64,000 nucleotides of DNA from the human T2T-CHM13v2.0 reference genome, Homo sapiens (GCF_009914755.1 NC_060929.1); one strand, 5' to 3'. Numbered from the stretch's first letter, positions 15,039-31,060 are shown. The notes: generated from the sequence alone by a model not told the origin. Translations and numbers: made by a program.

Positions 15039-15159
15039 GAGTTTTATTTGTAATAGCCCTAAACTGGAAACATCCCAAATATTTATCAATGAGTGAGTAC
15101 ACAAACAAATTGTAGTATATCCATACAATGGAATACTACCTGCTATAAAAGGGAATTAT

Positions 15160-15437
15160 TATTATTTTTTTGAGGCAGAGCCTTGCTCAGTTGCCCTGGC
15201 TGGAGTGCAGTGGCACAAACATGACTCACTGCAGCCTTGACCTCCCAGGCTCAAGCAGTCCTCCTTCCTCAGCCTCTCAAGTAGCTAGGACTACAGGCAT
15301 GTGTCACCATGCCCGGCTAATTTTTTGTGGAGACGGAAGTCTCACTATGTTGCCCAGTCTGGTTTCAAACCTGGGTTGAGGCAACCCTTCCACCTCCACC
15401 TCCCAAAGTGCTGGGATTACAGGTATGAGATGCCACT
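15160..15437 (-). mobile_element. Alu (AluJ-type)
   Basis: Reverse Alu with AluJ-like GCAGCCTTGACCTCCCAGGCTCAAGC. Confidence 0.88.
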
Positions 15438-16707
15438 GGGAATGATCTATTAATAAACATAACAACACAAATGACTCTCAAGTTATGCCGAGGGAAAGAA
15501 TTAACACACAAAAAAAGTATATACTCTATGATTCCATTTTTATAGATTTTGCATTTATTTTAAAAATTGCAAAATAACCTATAGTCTCAGACATAAATTG
15601 TTGCCTGGGGGGTAGGTGAGGCTGTGGGGAGGGTGGCGGGTAGGGATCACAAAGGGGCATGAACACCCCGGGGATGAGGGATAGGTTTACTATCTTCACT
15701 GCGGTGATGGTTTCACTGCTGTATCATGTACTAAAACTTATCAAATTGCTTACTTTAAATATGTCAATTATTGCATGTTCAAATACACTTAAAATAATAA
15801 TAAAAATAAAAGCAATCTTAAAAATTATTTCAATTCATTCCTAGACCTGGGTTTCCATGGATATCCAAATTTGAAAGCAGTCAGCTAAACTTCACATTTC
15901 AGCTCTTAGGGTAGAAACAAAGTACTGTTTCATAACAGAAATTGGATATATATGAAAATAATGATTCAATGGCTTTAGTTTAATGTATCCTGACAGGTGT
16001 TTCAGGAATGGTCAACTACACTTCAGCTAGGTTTTACTTCTTTCCTCTTCCTTTCCTTCTCTTCCCCTCCCCTCCTTTCTCCTCTCCTTCCCCTTATCAC
16101 TCAGCAATGAAAATGGGTAACAGAATAAGGATAGCTTAATTCAGATGACACAATTATGTGGCTCATAAAGATAACATGGCACCAATGTCTTCAACCACTG
16201 TGTTGGAGGCATTCCATAGGATTTTAGACTTGCAAAAGTAGCCTTCTTTTACAGATTAAAAATCTCAGCATGAAAATCAAGTTAAATGGCTTTCCTGGGC
16301 CACGCAGTTAGAATTTGGTGACTTAAAAAAAATTCACGTACTACCCAGTTCTAAAAGAAAAAACAAAGATATGGGGCAGAATACGAACCTGTAGCCTAGC
16401 TGGAATAGGCTCTAGATCTATTAATTTACATCCATTCCACCACAGTTCTATAGCACCATCCTCTGACCAATCCACATGTTTTTCTACTTTCCTATGTACT
16501 TTCAAGACTGAAGTTGGTATGAAGTTATAAGAACTAAAACAGTGGTTCTCAATATTCACTGCATTAAAAAAAAAAATCACCTGTGGGGCTTTAAAAAGGA
16601 ACCATGGACCCTACACCTAGAGAAAATCTAATTGATTTGGGGTAGGTCAATGTACTTAAATAAACTGCATTGAAACTACCTGGAGGGCTTATTAGAATAG
16701 ATTGTTG

Positions 16708-17196
<489 letters not shown>

Positions 17197-18295
17197 TTAG
17201 TTCTTCAGGATAATATGTTCAGCCAGTTGAAAATCTTTGGTTGAAAACAGTAATTCTCCATCTCTGCAGAATCACCTGGGGAATTAAAAACAACTGATGC
17301 CTGAGTCCCTACAAGAGCTTCTTTTTAAATTGATCTTGGGTGTAGCCTGGGCCTTGGGATTTTAAACAGCGAAATATTATTTAAAAGAATCATACCCCAG
17401 ATGATTCTAATGTCCAGCCAGGGCTAAGTATCACTGAAAATTTTCTGCCTCCTCAATTCTTATTACCATGTACCTCAAATTTCCCAAAGAGAATTGGATG
17501 CTTTGACCCCTATATTAACAATTTCTTTCTAGCTTGTTGTCTGTGAACAATGGTTTGATTCCACTTGGATTTTTTTGTTTTTAGCACTCTGATGTTTTAA
17601 TAATAGCTAATATTTACTGAACACCTGGGGTGTGGAAGGCTTGGTACTAAGCGCTTTGCCTCTTTACCAGCTTTTTTGGGTTGTTTTGTTTTTGGTTATC
17701 GAACAGTTATGCTTTAAATATTTCTTCCAAAAGAGACCCTGCATTTTCTAGAATCAATATTGTCTTATAACTTATGTTTAATAGAGATTACATTTTATTC
17801 TGTTTCTACTAGTTAGAAGCTCTACACGGGGAGAGAGGGGAAGGAGAGAGAAAAAGGGAAAGAGAGGGAGAAGGAGAGAGTGAGAAAAAGAGGGAGAAAC
17901 ATATTATAGAAAACAAATTCTTCTGATGTGCTTCAACACATTACGTTTAATACTTGAGTCTCTGTGAATCTTCGTGGAGGTTCTCCAGAAATGGACAAAA
18001 ATTCAATATTTCCACCATGAAAATTCCAGGAATGCCTATGACTCCATCCAAAGGCAGCTGATTTTCCTTTTGCTCTTGATTAATGCATTTCTTCCATCTC
18101 CAACTAAACAAAGGCTACTGATTTTCCTCCCAAAAGTTACTTCCTTTGGAACATACCAAAAATACCATTGAGAACAATGATATGAGTCGTTTCAGGTGAA
18201 GCGTTTTTAGTTAAGAAGATTTTAAAAGTACAGATTCAATTATTTTTACCGCAGCTTTGGTCAAGGCTTCCTGAAGTGGCTCTACGGAGCACTTC

Positions 18296-18309
18296 CCACA
18301 AGATGGCAG
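18296..18309 (+). promoter_or_regulatory. Candidate CTCF motif
   Basis: CCACAAGATGGCAG vs consensus CCASYAGRKGGCRS (1 mismatch), in a locally CpG-enriched patch. Confidence 0.5.
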
Positions 18310-18711
18310 TGTTGTATGCGGCTGGAGAGCCCTCCACTTGCGGAAGGGTTATCTTCACAATTACGGCTAAGAACGTATCCCTACAGCTTTAGTTCCTGAA
18401 ATATTATTTGTTTCCAGGTTCATGAGATCTGAGAGCCATCAGGAGTATATCTTTAACATTTAGATCTATGGGTTAGCAAGGTGTCTAATCAGCGGTACTT
18501 AATAAATGTCTACTAGATGAACGGATGAATGAATGATACATGTGTATCAACTTCACATAAGCCAACAGCAGGGGAAGGAGGCTGGAACAACTCCAAGACG
18601 GAAGGAAGCAAGGGCCACTGCGCCGTCTCCCTTTGTGATGAAAGAGTTCTTCAGTACTCCATTGTTCTTTTCCCTACTTGCTGACAGGTTTTGATAAGAA
18701 CACGATTCACC

Positions 18712-18786
18712 CTAATAAGGCCTGATGGCCCATCTGCTCACCCAGCCATTTTCCTCCTTAAAATGGGCAAAGCAGCTATTCTGATC
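18712..18786 (-). CDS. DMGDH: Candidate alternative terminal coding exon of DMGDH in intron 14 (24 aa + stop)
   Basis: Minus strand aactaattttgtgttttatgatag|GAT CAG AAT ... CCT TAT TAG: branch-like CTAAT, U-rich tract, phase-0 match to exon 14; DQNSCFAHFKEENGWVSRWAIRPY*. Confidence 0.6.
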   Translation of the reverse strand, partial: DQNSCFAHFKEENGWVSRWAIRPY

Positions 18787-20584
18787 CTATCATAAAACAC
18801 AAAATTAGTTACAGCAAAAACATGTGGGGGAAGTGTCTATTAATAAAAGGTAGTCCATACAAACAATATATGTTACCAGAGAGAGAAATTCTTGGGCAGT
18901 CTTTCAAGTCTGATAAGCCCACTGTGGAAAAGGACTTTGTGGGGGAAAGTGGTGGGTGGGAAAGCTCCACGATGAGGTCAGAGGGTGGCGTTCGACCTAA
19001 GCTAAAGCAATGGCCTCCCCCAGGTCACTTTCCCTCTCTGTGCTTCAGTTTCCTCTGCTTCAGATGGGGGAGGGGAGTACCAGCTGATCCCCAGGGACCC
19101 ATCTAGCTCTGATACAGTCAGCTTCTACCTTTTCTTCACATTATGGCTTAAACGATCATAGTGTAAATGCCTAAGGGCCAACCAGAGAATTCTAAATGTT
19201 TGCTCTGAAGGGAAAGAAATAACTGATTTCAAACAATTGTAAAATGCCAGGGTTTTTGCTGTGTTTGTTTTGGTATCAAATATAAATATCTCTCTGTATT
19301 AGCTGTTGCTTCTGTTCTCCTATAGCATCGATTTTCCGAAGCAATTATAGGCTTACAGTATTTAAAATGTTGTATGAAGCTAGTTTGGGTAACATTTTGG
19401 TTTTTAGGCACAGGACTTGAATGGTCAAGTTACAAAGCTTAGTTTGTAATGTTAATAAGGTTTCCAGGCATCCGTTTCACATTATAGACTGCTACAAAAC
19501 CACCAAAGTTGATCTAATCTATTCACCTGTCTTGGAGATTAGCAAGCATCATTATGAGTAGGTTAATACCAACTAGCCACTTGAATTGACATAATTGAAA
19601 AAGACTGGCTCAGTTGGGGGCCAGGTCCTTGGGCTACAAGGACCTTTACCCTATAAAATCATTAGGAATTAACTTTGTGACACTTGAATGAGAAACAACA
19701 ATTCAGAAATTATAAAAACATGCCAGAAATCAAAATTAGTATCTTCTAAACAACTAACTACGTTCTGAGATGAGCTTTGGTTATTTGGCTGTATAACTTA
19801 ACTAACAAAGACACAATCCACCCCTGCTAATAATCATAAAAGATATTTGAAAATCCCATTTCAATACGAAGGGATTATTTATCTATGCCTTATCCCCAAA
19901 CAATAATATCCGAACACTGAAGCAAAAGAATCAGTTATCTATCTACCTACTGGTGACCAATAACAGAAATTTAGCACTTTCAAGAGTTGGGCCATTTTTA
20001 ACCTTATTTGAAACAGCTAAAGTAAGGCTTCTGCTATCAGAGGGAGCAATCTGCTGCTAGGGTCTGCCCAAATTCCAAGCACCTGCTTTCTCTGGTCTGG
20101 AGGCAGATGGTACATCATAAAAATAAAAGCCATGGGGAGAATGTACAGAAAGATATTCCCTTTAAAACCCTTTAGGAGGTTCGTTTTCCTAAAATCTCAT
20201 ACTATAAATACACATGTTTTATTTTAATATTATAGCTCAGAATTTGGGAACTGACACAGGGTCATGAAAAAGGTTTCCTTGGCCTGATTGAGTCATATAC
20301 ATGTATTCACGTATTTCCACAGGATGGGAAATCAGTCTTTAGTTTACAACCATCTAGGGCAGGACATTTTATTTTTGGAGTTCTAACAAATATCCTAAAC
20401 AGTAGCCGCTGCTGCCCTTATTCTTCAATACTACCACTCACCCCAGCTCTATTAAGTTGTTTTATTATAACTCTTAGGCACTGCTCAATGGAGTAACCTC
20501 ATTTATATTTGTAAGGCTTGTACAGATGAGCTTGGCTGTAATAAATTGGCCTCATGATATGCTTTTCCACTATAATTATTTAGA

Positions 20585-20770
20585 GTAATGCTTCTCAAAC
20601 CTTAGATGCATCAGAATCCCCTGCAGGGGTTGTTAAAACAGATTTGTTGGCCTGACTCCCAGAGATTCTGATTTAGTAGTTCTAGGGTGGGACCTGAGAA
20701 TTAGCATTTCAAACAAGCTCCCAATGAGGCTGATGCTGTTAGTCTGAAGGCTACATTTTAAGAACCACTG
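20585..20770. mobile_element. MER5A-type hAT MITE
   Basis: CTTCTCAAAC...GCATCAGAATC...GATTCTGATTTAGTAG...GAACCACTG; related fragments near 16540, 17050, 17260, 28400 and 44930. Confidence 0.7.
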
Positions 20771-21345
20771 ATGTAGGAGTTCCCTTTGGAGTGTCTTATC
20801 GGTTATGATTATTTGGGCTTATATTAGCTTCTCAGTTAATACCCATTTTATGCCGAAAACGTTTGAAACGTGTTATTTGCTTATATTCAGATGTTGCAGT
20901 TACACACAAAGATGCTTGACAAGCAGATGGACAGATATGCTGAAGTGAGGCTGCTCCACACTGTGAGTATCCAGAAGGATCAATGAATGCAGTATGTTTG
21001 ATCAGCTAATGTGCAATTTCCCAAGTCACCAGGAGTTACTGCAAAATACACAACATGGCGCACTTCCAACATAAATGTCTACTAGAATCTGACAGATAAT
21101 CTTCTTATCCTTACTAATTTTTATCTTAGAATTTAGATTTAGCCCTTAAAGATGCTGGATTCTGCTATCTTAAATCTGTAAGCACACTCCAATAGTTTGA
21201 ACTAAGCAAATGTTGACAAAAGAGTAATATGACACAATTGAGCAATGCTAGTATTTATGTTCACCTTGTTTCTCCTATAATCCATACTTGGTTAAATTTT
21301 AAAGAATGGCTCTGTCACAAAATAGCATCATAATGTTAAGATTTA

Positions 21346-21435
<90 letters not shown>

Positions 21436-22246
21436 CTAAAAAGGAAACACACATTTTAAATCTTAGATGAGTGCAAGTCATTTTGGTAACATCACTTTCA
21501 TATTTGTTTTTAGGAGAAAGAACCCTTTTTGATTTTTCAACACAGATTCTAAAGAAAGGCAAACTATAGACCGGTTTTGAAAACAATTTTTTAATCCAAA
21601 ATTCGATGTAGCCTTTCAGCAAAACTGGTCATTTGAATATAACAAATATAGAAACTAAAATTCACTGTGTTTCCACAGCTCTCCCATTTTAATAAACATC
21701 TGAGGGAATGTACGTGATGTTTCTTCTAGAAACAAGATTTTCACATGTTTTTCTGCAATAATTTTACATAACTACGTTTTGAAAAGTTATTAAACAATTT
21801 ACTTATCTTACAATTCACCAAGAATCAGGGTAAGGTGGAGGGAAAGCAGATAGTAGGAAGGTGGCTGATAGAGTTCAGGAGAGGAGAAAGGAATAAGCGG
21901 AGTTTGAATCTGTATCTCTTCAAATGTGGCCAAGTCACTGTAATAGCTACCAAGTCAGGGCTAACGCCAATATTTGGTAATAGACCTGAAGTTAATGGTT
22001 TTTGTTTCTTTCTTCGTTTTGTTGTTTTCTTCGCAGTGAGAGAACTAGTCTAAACCCCCTACAAGCAGTCAAACTTTTAAAGCAACACAGCACCTGCATA
22101 AACTAAATGAAAGTACGCTTGTTTTATATGACGTAAAACGTTGCCTCATATTTCTTAATCAATTTGAGCTATTCTAAAATTATATTTATCTGTTCAAAAT
22201 TTCAGAATTTCTTCAAAGAAAAAAATAAAAATGAAGCACAGAGGAT

Positions 22247-22270
22247 TGCAGTGCCAACACTAGAGGGCGC
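22247..22270 (+). promoter_or_regulatory. Candidate CTCF site with upstream (ZF9-11) motif
   Basis: TGCAGTG-cca-ACACTAGAGGGCGC at the start of a GC/CpG-enriched patch (22240-22560) in intron 13. Confidence 0.6.
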
Positions 22271-23525
22271 TCTGGCACTGCTGGGAAATCGGAGGGACGG
22301 GAGAAGGAGAAAAGCTCTCCAGAGGAGGTCGCCGGGAGAGGAAATCTGAGAAAATAAAAGGCAGGAGAATGGAGAAATGTCTGACTCCCAAAGGGCTGCT
22401 CCTGCTGCTTCATTCCTCGGAGAGTGTGGGGACCGCGCTGTCCTCCGTTTCTGTCCCTGCGCCTAGCCTCGCCTCAGTCCCCAGTTGTAGCTAGAGAATC
22501 CCCTAATAGGGGATCTCTCGTGGAGAGCTTGCCCACTTGCTTCTGCGCACTCTAAATGCCCTTGGGTCTCTGCCTGGGCTTTGAAACACACTCTCCCCTT
22601 CAATCAAATGCACTTTATTATGTGCTTGGCACTTCCTAGACTCTCTCTACTATCTATGATAATTCTGTAGCATAAAAAATCCATTTTTTAGAAAAGTAAA
22701 CAGAAGTTCTGGAGGGTTAAGCCAGATAGCTGGTGCGTGGTGGAGGAAAAATTCAAACCCAAGAGTCCCCGCTCTGAGTTCATCTTTTACCACTATCCCT
22801 TATCTTACCTTTCAGGTCTAAAACCTCAGTGTCTTCCAAAGAAACAACTACTGAATCTGAAATAGTGACTGGGTCCAGGGATAGCCTGCCATATTGGAAA
22901 TAAAGTAGGAGAACAGAGTTTAAACCACAGGCTGGCCACTTACTAGGTAATCTGGACCAAGTGGTTCTCTAAGTCTCAGTGTTATTATGCGTAAAATAGA
23001 GGTAATGGAGAGTTGAGAAGGAAAATGAAATCATGCATATGAAAATATGTAAATGGTTAAAGCACTATACAAATAGAAACTCTTAATAACCATTATTAAT
23101 GGTGGAGGAAGGCTGGACCACCACATTCTGGACCATCAACCCTGCCCCTCAGAAAGGAGTGTTAATTCACCAAAAGGTATAAGATAAGAAGAAAATGAAG
23201 ACGGGCAAAATGACAGAGGAGGAGAGATTTTGAAAAGTGTTACTCTAATCCCATGAGGCAAGCCGGCTCCCCAAAGTCCAAGACAGTTATCTAGGGCTGT
23301 CAGCCAACTAGGATGAATTAAGGCAGAATAAACATATGTCAGAATTCCACTGAACTTTCACTTGAGAAATTAAGGAGAAAAACCTCTTCCCCTAATGAAA
23401 TAAAGTTATCTAATGATATGTAATTTCTCTTACAGCCAAAACCAATGTTATTGCAGTTCAAACCAGCCCTTATATAAAAATGAGATAAATAAACATAAAA
23501 TGTTAATAAAGATGCTAGCATTTCA

Positions 23526-23729
<204 letters not shown>

Positions 23730-24250
23730 TCACTAGATCTAATGTGCATTAGCTAGAACACATATAAGCAGGAGAAATTCCACTTATGCAACACAGACAT
23801 TGTCAGTCTCTAAAAAGACCAGCTCACAAAAAGTTACAAGACCCCACTGCAAAGAAGCCCACCATATCACAGATGCATTTGTGCCGATCCTGACTCCCAT
23901 GTAGATGGTGGTATGCAGGACACCTCTTGTCGTGACACAGAAAGACTATAATGCAGGAATTAATCTCCACCCTGGACCCCAGCTTTCTAATGAGGCTTGA
24001 CTGTTTTCTGGGACAATGACGTTAGGTGAATAGTTAGCATGGCACAGTTTATCAGGGCAACGAGTTCAAGGTTTAAACCAACCCCTTGCCCAAAAATCAC
24101 AAGCTTAAAAATATAGTTAACTAAGAATTATTCAAGTTATCCTCATAGTGAGAAAGCCATAGTCTCTGACTTCTCCCCCTCCCACTTCTTCCCTAGTCAT
24201 TTCCTTCACCAACAGAGCTGTGGGCAAAAATCAAAAGAAATTAAATGTAA

Positions 24251-24490
<240 letters not shown>

Positions 24491-24939
24491 TAGCAGCAGC
24501 CCAGAGAAAGAGCTATGGTCTTTAATCTCTGTGTTCTCCTGTTTCCCAAGGTGGAGGGCTCATGGTAAGGTGTTTTTATGGGATACCACAGAATAGGAGC
24601 AACATATAATTGAATGAATGCCTGGGCATGCAGTACTCCTGTGAGAGACAAGGAGGTCTAGAAAAACTTAGAAGGGAGCCCAGAGCACCACTGGGGAACT
24701 GAAGAGCATTCATTCGTCTCTGTATCAAATACCTACCATGTGCAAGGTTAGGTGCTAGAGGAACACATCTCAGTGAACTTACAGTCTGGAAGGAAAGAAG
24801 GATTGTTGGCAATGCTCTAGGAGAGGTACCTGATACCTTCAAAATGGTCTCTATGGGAGATTCTATCTCCAGGAGACCATCTTGAATGTTCACAAATAGA
24901 GTTGGCTGGCCCGACTATTTCAGCCAATCCTCTTCCCCA

Positions 24940-25245
24940 CTTTTCTTTTCTTTTTTTTTTTTTTTGAGATGCAGTTTCACTCTTGTTGCCCAGGCTGGAG
25001 TACAGTGGTGTCATCTTGGCTCATACAACCTCCGCCTCCCGAGTTCAAGCAAATCTCCTGCCTCAGCCTCCAGAGCAGCTGGGATTACAGGCATGTGCCA
25101 CCACGCCCAGCTAATTTTGTATTTTCAGTAGAAACGGGGTTTCTCCATGTTGGTCAGGCTTGTCTCGAACTCCCGACCTCAGGTGATCAGCCCGCCTCAG
25201 CCTCCCAAAGTGCTGGGATTACAGGTGTGAGCCACTGCACCCAGC
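24940..25245 (-). mobile_element. Alu (AluSp/Sq-type)
   Basis: Reverse Alu dimer with GTTTCACTCTTGTTGCCC; flanked by CCCCACTTTT direct repeats. Confidence 0.92.
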
Positions 25246-25508
25246 CCCCACTTTTTTTTTTATCTGCCCTTCCAGATGGTAGGCAGCTATGGGACTGGAG
25301 CAACAACTAGAAATCTGTGGAACCACTTTCAAGATGAGGAGTGAATAGACAGACTAGACCTAAGAGCTGGGCAGAACAAAAATCTTCCTCCAAAGTCGCA
25401 TGGACAAAAGTGAGTGTGAGTGTGCACATGCATACACACTCACACATTTCTTGTGACATGACCTTTTAATTTTAAATTTTAAATTTTAAATTGACCTTTT
25501 AAATTTCA

Positions 25509-25769
<261 letters not shown>

Positions 25770-27010
25770 TCATGAACATGGTGTTAAATATTGCTTGAAT
25801 AATGTACTTTGGTAATAAATTATCTCTCTGAAGACATGCTTTGTGTCTAGAGTTATCAGAAAGTCCCCAGAGTGTCATTTCATGAAATCACACTGATTTT
25901 TAAAGTTGAGGAAACCAAGCCCCTGAGATGTTAAGTGATGATTCTCTTTAAATCACCCACTTATAAATTTGGGGGGTAATTTTTCACAGTACAGAAGGAT
26001 CCTTCAATTTAATGAGCTCTGCCACACAATTCTTTTAAATAGTGACACAGCACTTTTGCATTTAAACTAATGATTCAGCCTTGAAAAATTAATTTAAACC
26101 CAAATTTTCTCTAATACCTGTACACAGGAGGCACACTTATGTTGCTAAAGGTTAATAATGTGCCTGCCACAAGACACGTAATTGCTCTGAGAATCACAAG
26201 GAAAAGACAGAAACTCTAGTTTCAATTTCTATGGCTTGATGAGTTATTGGGACCCAGCTATAGGGCTGGTTTCTAATTTATTGAGCAGTCCTTGAGCTAT
26301 CTAAGTCTATCACAAAATGTTCATCTGGATTTACACAAAGCTAAGCTATTAAGATGGTCCCAGTACATCTTGGATTGGAGCATATAATTTGCATCACTGT
26401 ACAACTAAGATGAGAATCTGTCAGAGTAAGACATGTATTAAATAATAATATTCCAAAAATATTTGGAATATTAGACTAAAGACTTTATAATAGAATGAAG
26501 ATTCATGTAAAGGCTGGACTTGGCAGGTCAGCAACTTAGATCCAGCTGTGGGCCAGAAAGCACAAAGCATCACAAAGGACAAAGATAATTTAGGAAGACA
26601 GCTTACAGAAGTGGACCAAATGCGGGCATCAGAATCAAAAAGCTCGTGTGAGTAAGTTCCCTTAACCCAAACCTCAGTTTCCTCATCTGATCATGGGCAT
26701 AATATATACCTTGCAAAATATTAAGAGAATTCATTAAGGTAATATCTAAAAAAGGTTCTGGCACATTGATGATGCCTAATAAATGGATTAATATTATTAG
26801 AACCAGTAACCTATGGATGAATTACCTTTGGGAGGGGCAGGGGCCCTCACTTCAAATATTTTTGTATTAAAAAAAATAAAGTTTATTTGAAACAATCAGG
26901 TTTAAGAAGAAATAAAGTTGTACTTTCGAGTACTGGTAAAAAGAAAAACTTAATGTAAGATTGAGTCAATATATAATGTGTACAAAATTTTCTTACTAGG
27001 TGTGCACTTA

Positions 27011-27142
<132 letters not shown>

Positions 27143-27470
27143 CTACATAAAAAAATTAAAAATTACCTTAGGATGAACTAAAAATCACATGCATCCTTTT
27201 AACACCTATTGAAATAACAATGTGGGTGTTAAGAATGAAAAGTATCTGAATCTTACTGTTTGTGTCAATCGTATGAATTATCTGTAAACCTAAACCCAAC
27301 AGTAATTTGAAGTTCTCCATTTAAACAATCATTTAAAACTATTTGCCATTAAAAAGCTCTTCTTCATTTAACTGCAGAACTCAATTTTAAGTTCCCATCG
27401 AAACAATTAAGCAAAGTCATAAGGTCCTTGGATGAGAATTCACTCAACAAAAATTTAAATTTGAAAATTA

Positions 27471-27821
<351 letters not shown>

Positions 27822-27902
27822 TCAGTTGAAGAGTTCTAGTGTTCATCCAGAAATCATTAGGTGAACTAAAATAACATATGGGATGAAGAATTAAATAGGT
27901 CA

Positions 27903-28118
<216 letters not shown>

Positions 28119-29746
28119 TTAGTGTCATAAAACAACTCCCGTTCATTTTTCAAAAATTACAGAATACGATATTTTAATAAGCCCTACTCATCTAGAAAAT
28201 CCTACGGACTATGGGAGGCGAGACCATGCAACCTGAAATTCTGTTCTGCAAATCATTCATGTATGTTGGAATCTGACCCTTTAAAGTTACTCATTTATCC
28301 CTTTGACCTATTTCTCAGTGAGTAAAGTGCTGATTAACTGGAAAATAAGATATAATTCATGGGCTCTCAGATCTGGAAGAGAGTTTATAAGTCAACCAGT
28401 CTGGTGGTTTTCAACTCTAGACGCATATTAGAATCATCTGGAGAGCATTTTAAAATGGCCCTAATTAAATCAGAGTGTCTGGGTTGGGAGGCGGGGTGGA
28501 GCTGTCTGGTCCAGTGCTTCTCAAACATTAATGGGAATACAAATCACTTGCACTTGTTAAATTCCACATTCTGAAGCAGCAGGTATGGGGTGGGACCCCA
28601 TAGTCTGCATTCTGCCAGGCTCGCAGGAGATGCCTATGCTGTTGGTCCACACCTGGGGTACATAAGGATCTGGTCCCAAATCTTCATTTTTCAGAGAAAA
28701 GGCACAAAATGATCTCCAAGGCCTTCACATTAATGACAGAGCCAGACCTGGAACAAAGGTCTCTTGACTCATTACTAAAGGTCCTTTCTGCTTTATGAAG
28801 TGGACTTCTAATGTGGTATTTTAACTTCAGAGCAGGATGCTATGTCTGTAACATGAATTTTCAATAGTTTAATTATTAAATGGTAGAATAAACTTAGGCC
28901 AGATCCAATCAGCACTAAGTGAAGAGTAAAAGTGATGTGTTAGAGTAATTTAGGAAAAACCAAATCAGTATTTGGCCACCAAATAATCTAGATTGGCTGC
29001 TTATAAAGCCCAAATTCATTCATCAAAAACGGGTTCTCTGCTATACTTTGTATGAATTAGATCTAGTCTTAAAATAGCAAAACCTATTGTAAAAAGCAAA
29101 ATGACAGCATAAAAATAAGGATAATGTAACTTCTAAATTTGCAACTTGTTTTCCCTTGATCTGTGGATTCTCTTGAGAAAAAAATATATAATCACTATTA
29201 ATCCAAAGTACAACAATGGCAGGTAGCACTTTACCCAAATTCAGAGAACTGTTTCAGTGGCATACTTTATGTTTTCGCTTAACCTGGAATGCTATGCAAA
29301 TGACCTTATCAACTGCACATATAATTTGCATGACTCAGTGCACACACTCTAGAAAGCAGTTGCTTTGAGCAATTTCAGGATGAACAGAAAATCCAAAACT
29401 CCAGGTACATTTTGTGGTTATACACGATGTGATTCCACTGAGCACCCTAAAGTACAGCAAACCTTTAGGAGCCAACTGAAGCCACGTGGGAATTTGGAGG
29501 GCGGTCGCAAGTTTCTTCCGAGCATCTGGTAAATGCCAAGAGGCTTCACCAAGGCTGGCTATAGGACTCTCAGGGTCACGTGAGTCCTAGATGTGGGCCA
29601 GTGTCTCGTGGGCTAGACTAATGCCACCACTGCCAGAGAGTAATTTTTGTAGGACAAAGCTCAGTGCTCCTTGGAACAGGGTGGAGCAATGGAGTGTAAG
29701 GCAGAATCAGCGCTTTTTGCTGTCCCGTTGTTTCACCCCTCGGTCA

Positions 29747-29953
<207 letters not shown>

Positions 29954-30279
29954 TTAAATCACATATAGCCAAAACAACAAGATACTTACATGGGATTCCA
30001 AATATGGAAATACAGTACTTAAAATCCAGATGCATAAACATACATACATACATATATATGAATGATTCATGTAGAAAACAGAGCTGTCATTTATATGACT
30101 CATCAAAGAGTAAAGTAAAAATATATTTAAAATTTAAAACCAGTGAGGCATTCCACGTGTTAAATATATACATCCATATATATTCCTTGTTATGTCTCAG
30201 GGGCACAATGCTTTTTGGAGTCCCTAACTACCGCCATCCCAGTGAATAGAATAAAGACCATCTAAAGTCAGAGATGCTA

Positions 30280-30570
<291 letters not shown>

Positions 30571-30750
30571 TTATAGGGCTTCAAAGTTGGACTGTTCTGT
30601 GCTAATCAGAACACACAAGTAACATAATCTCTATGGAACAATTTTTTCCTTAAAAGTGACATGTTTAGGCATCCAAATTAAATGTGCCTGACTTGATAGC
30701 TAGTTTATTTACAGTTTCAAGAGATGTACACCTGCGAAATAGCTCCTTAT

Positions 30751-31060
30751 TGGGCAGGGCACACTAACTCACACCTGTAATCCCAGCACTTTGGAAGGAT
30801 CGTTTGAGACCAGGAGTTCGAGAACGGCCTGGCCAACAAAGTGAGAACTCATCGCTACAAAAAAATTAAAAAATTATCTCGGCATGGTGGCACGAGACTG
30901 TGGTCCCAGGTACATGGGTGGCTGAGGCAGGAGGATAACTTGAGCCTAGGCGGTAGAGGCTGCAGTGAGCCATATTCGCACCACTGCACTCCGGCCTGGG
31001 TAACAAAGCAAGACCCTCTCTCAAAAAACAAAACAAAACAAAAACCAACAACAACAAACA
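30751..31060 (+). mobile_element. Alu (AluJ-type, internally deleted)
   Basis: Diverged Alu, (AAAAC)n tail, flanking AAATAGCTC repeats. Confidence 0.85.
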
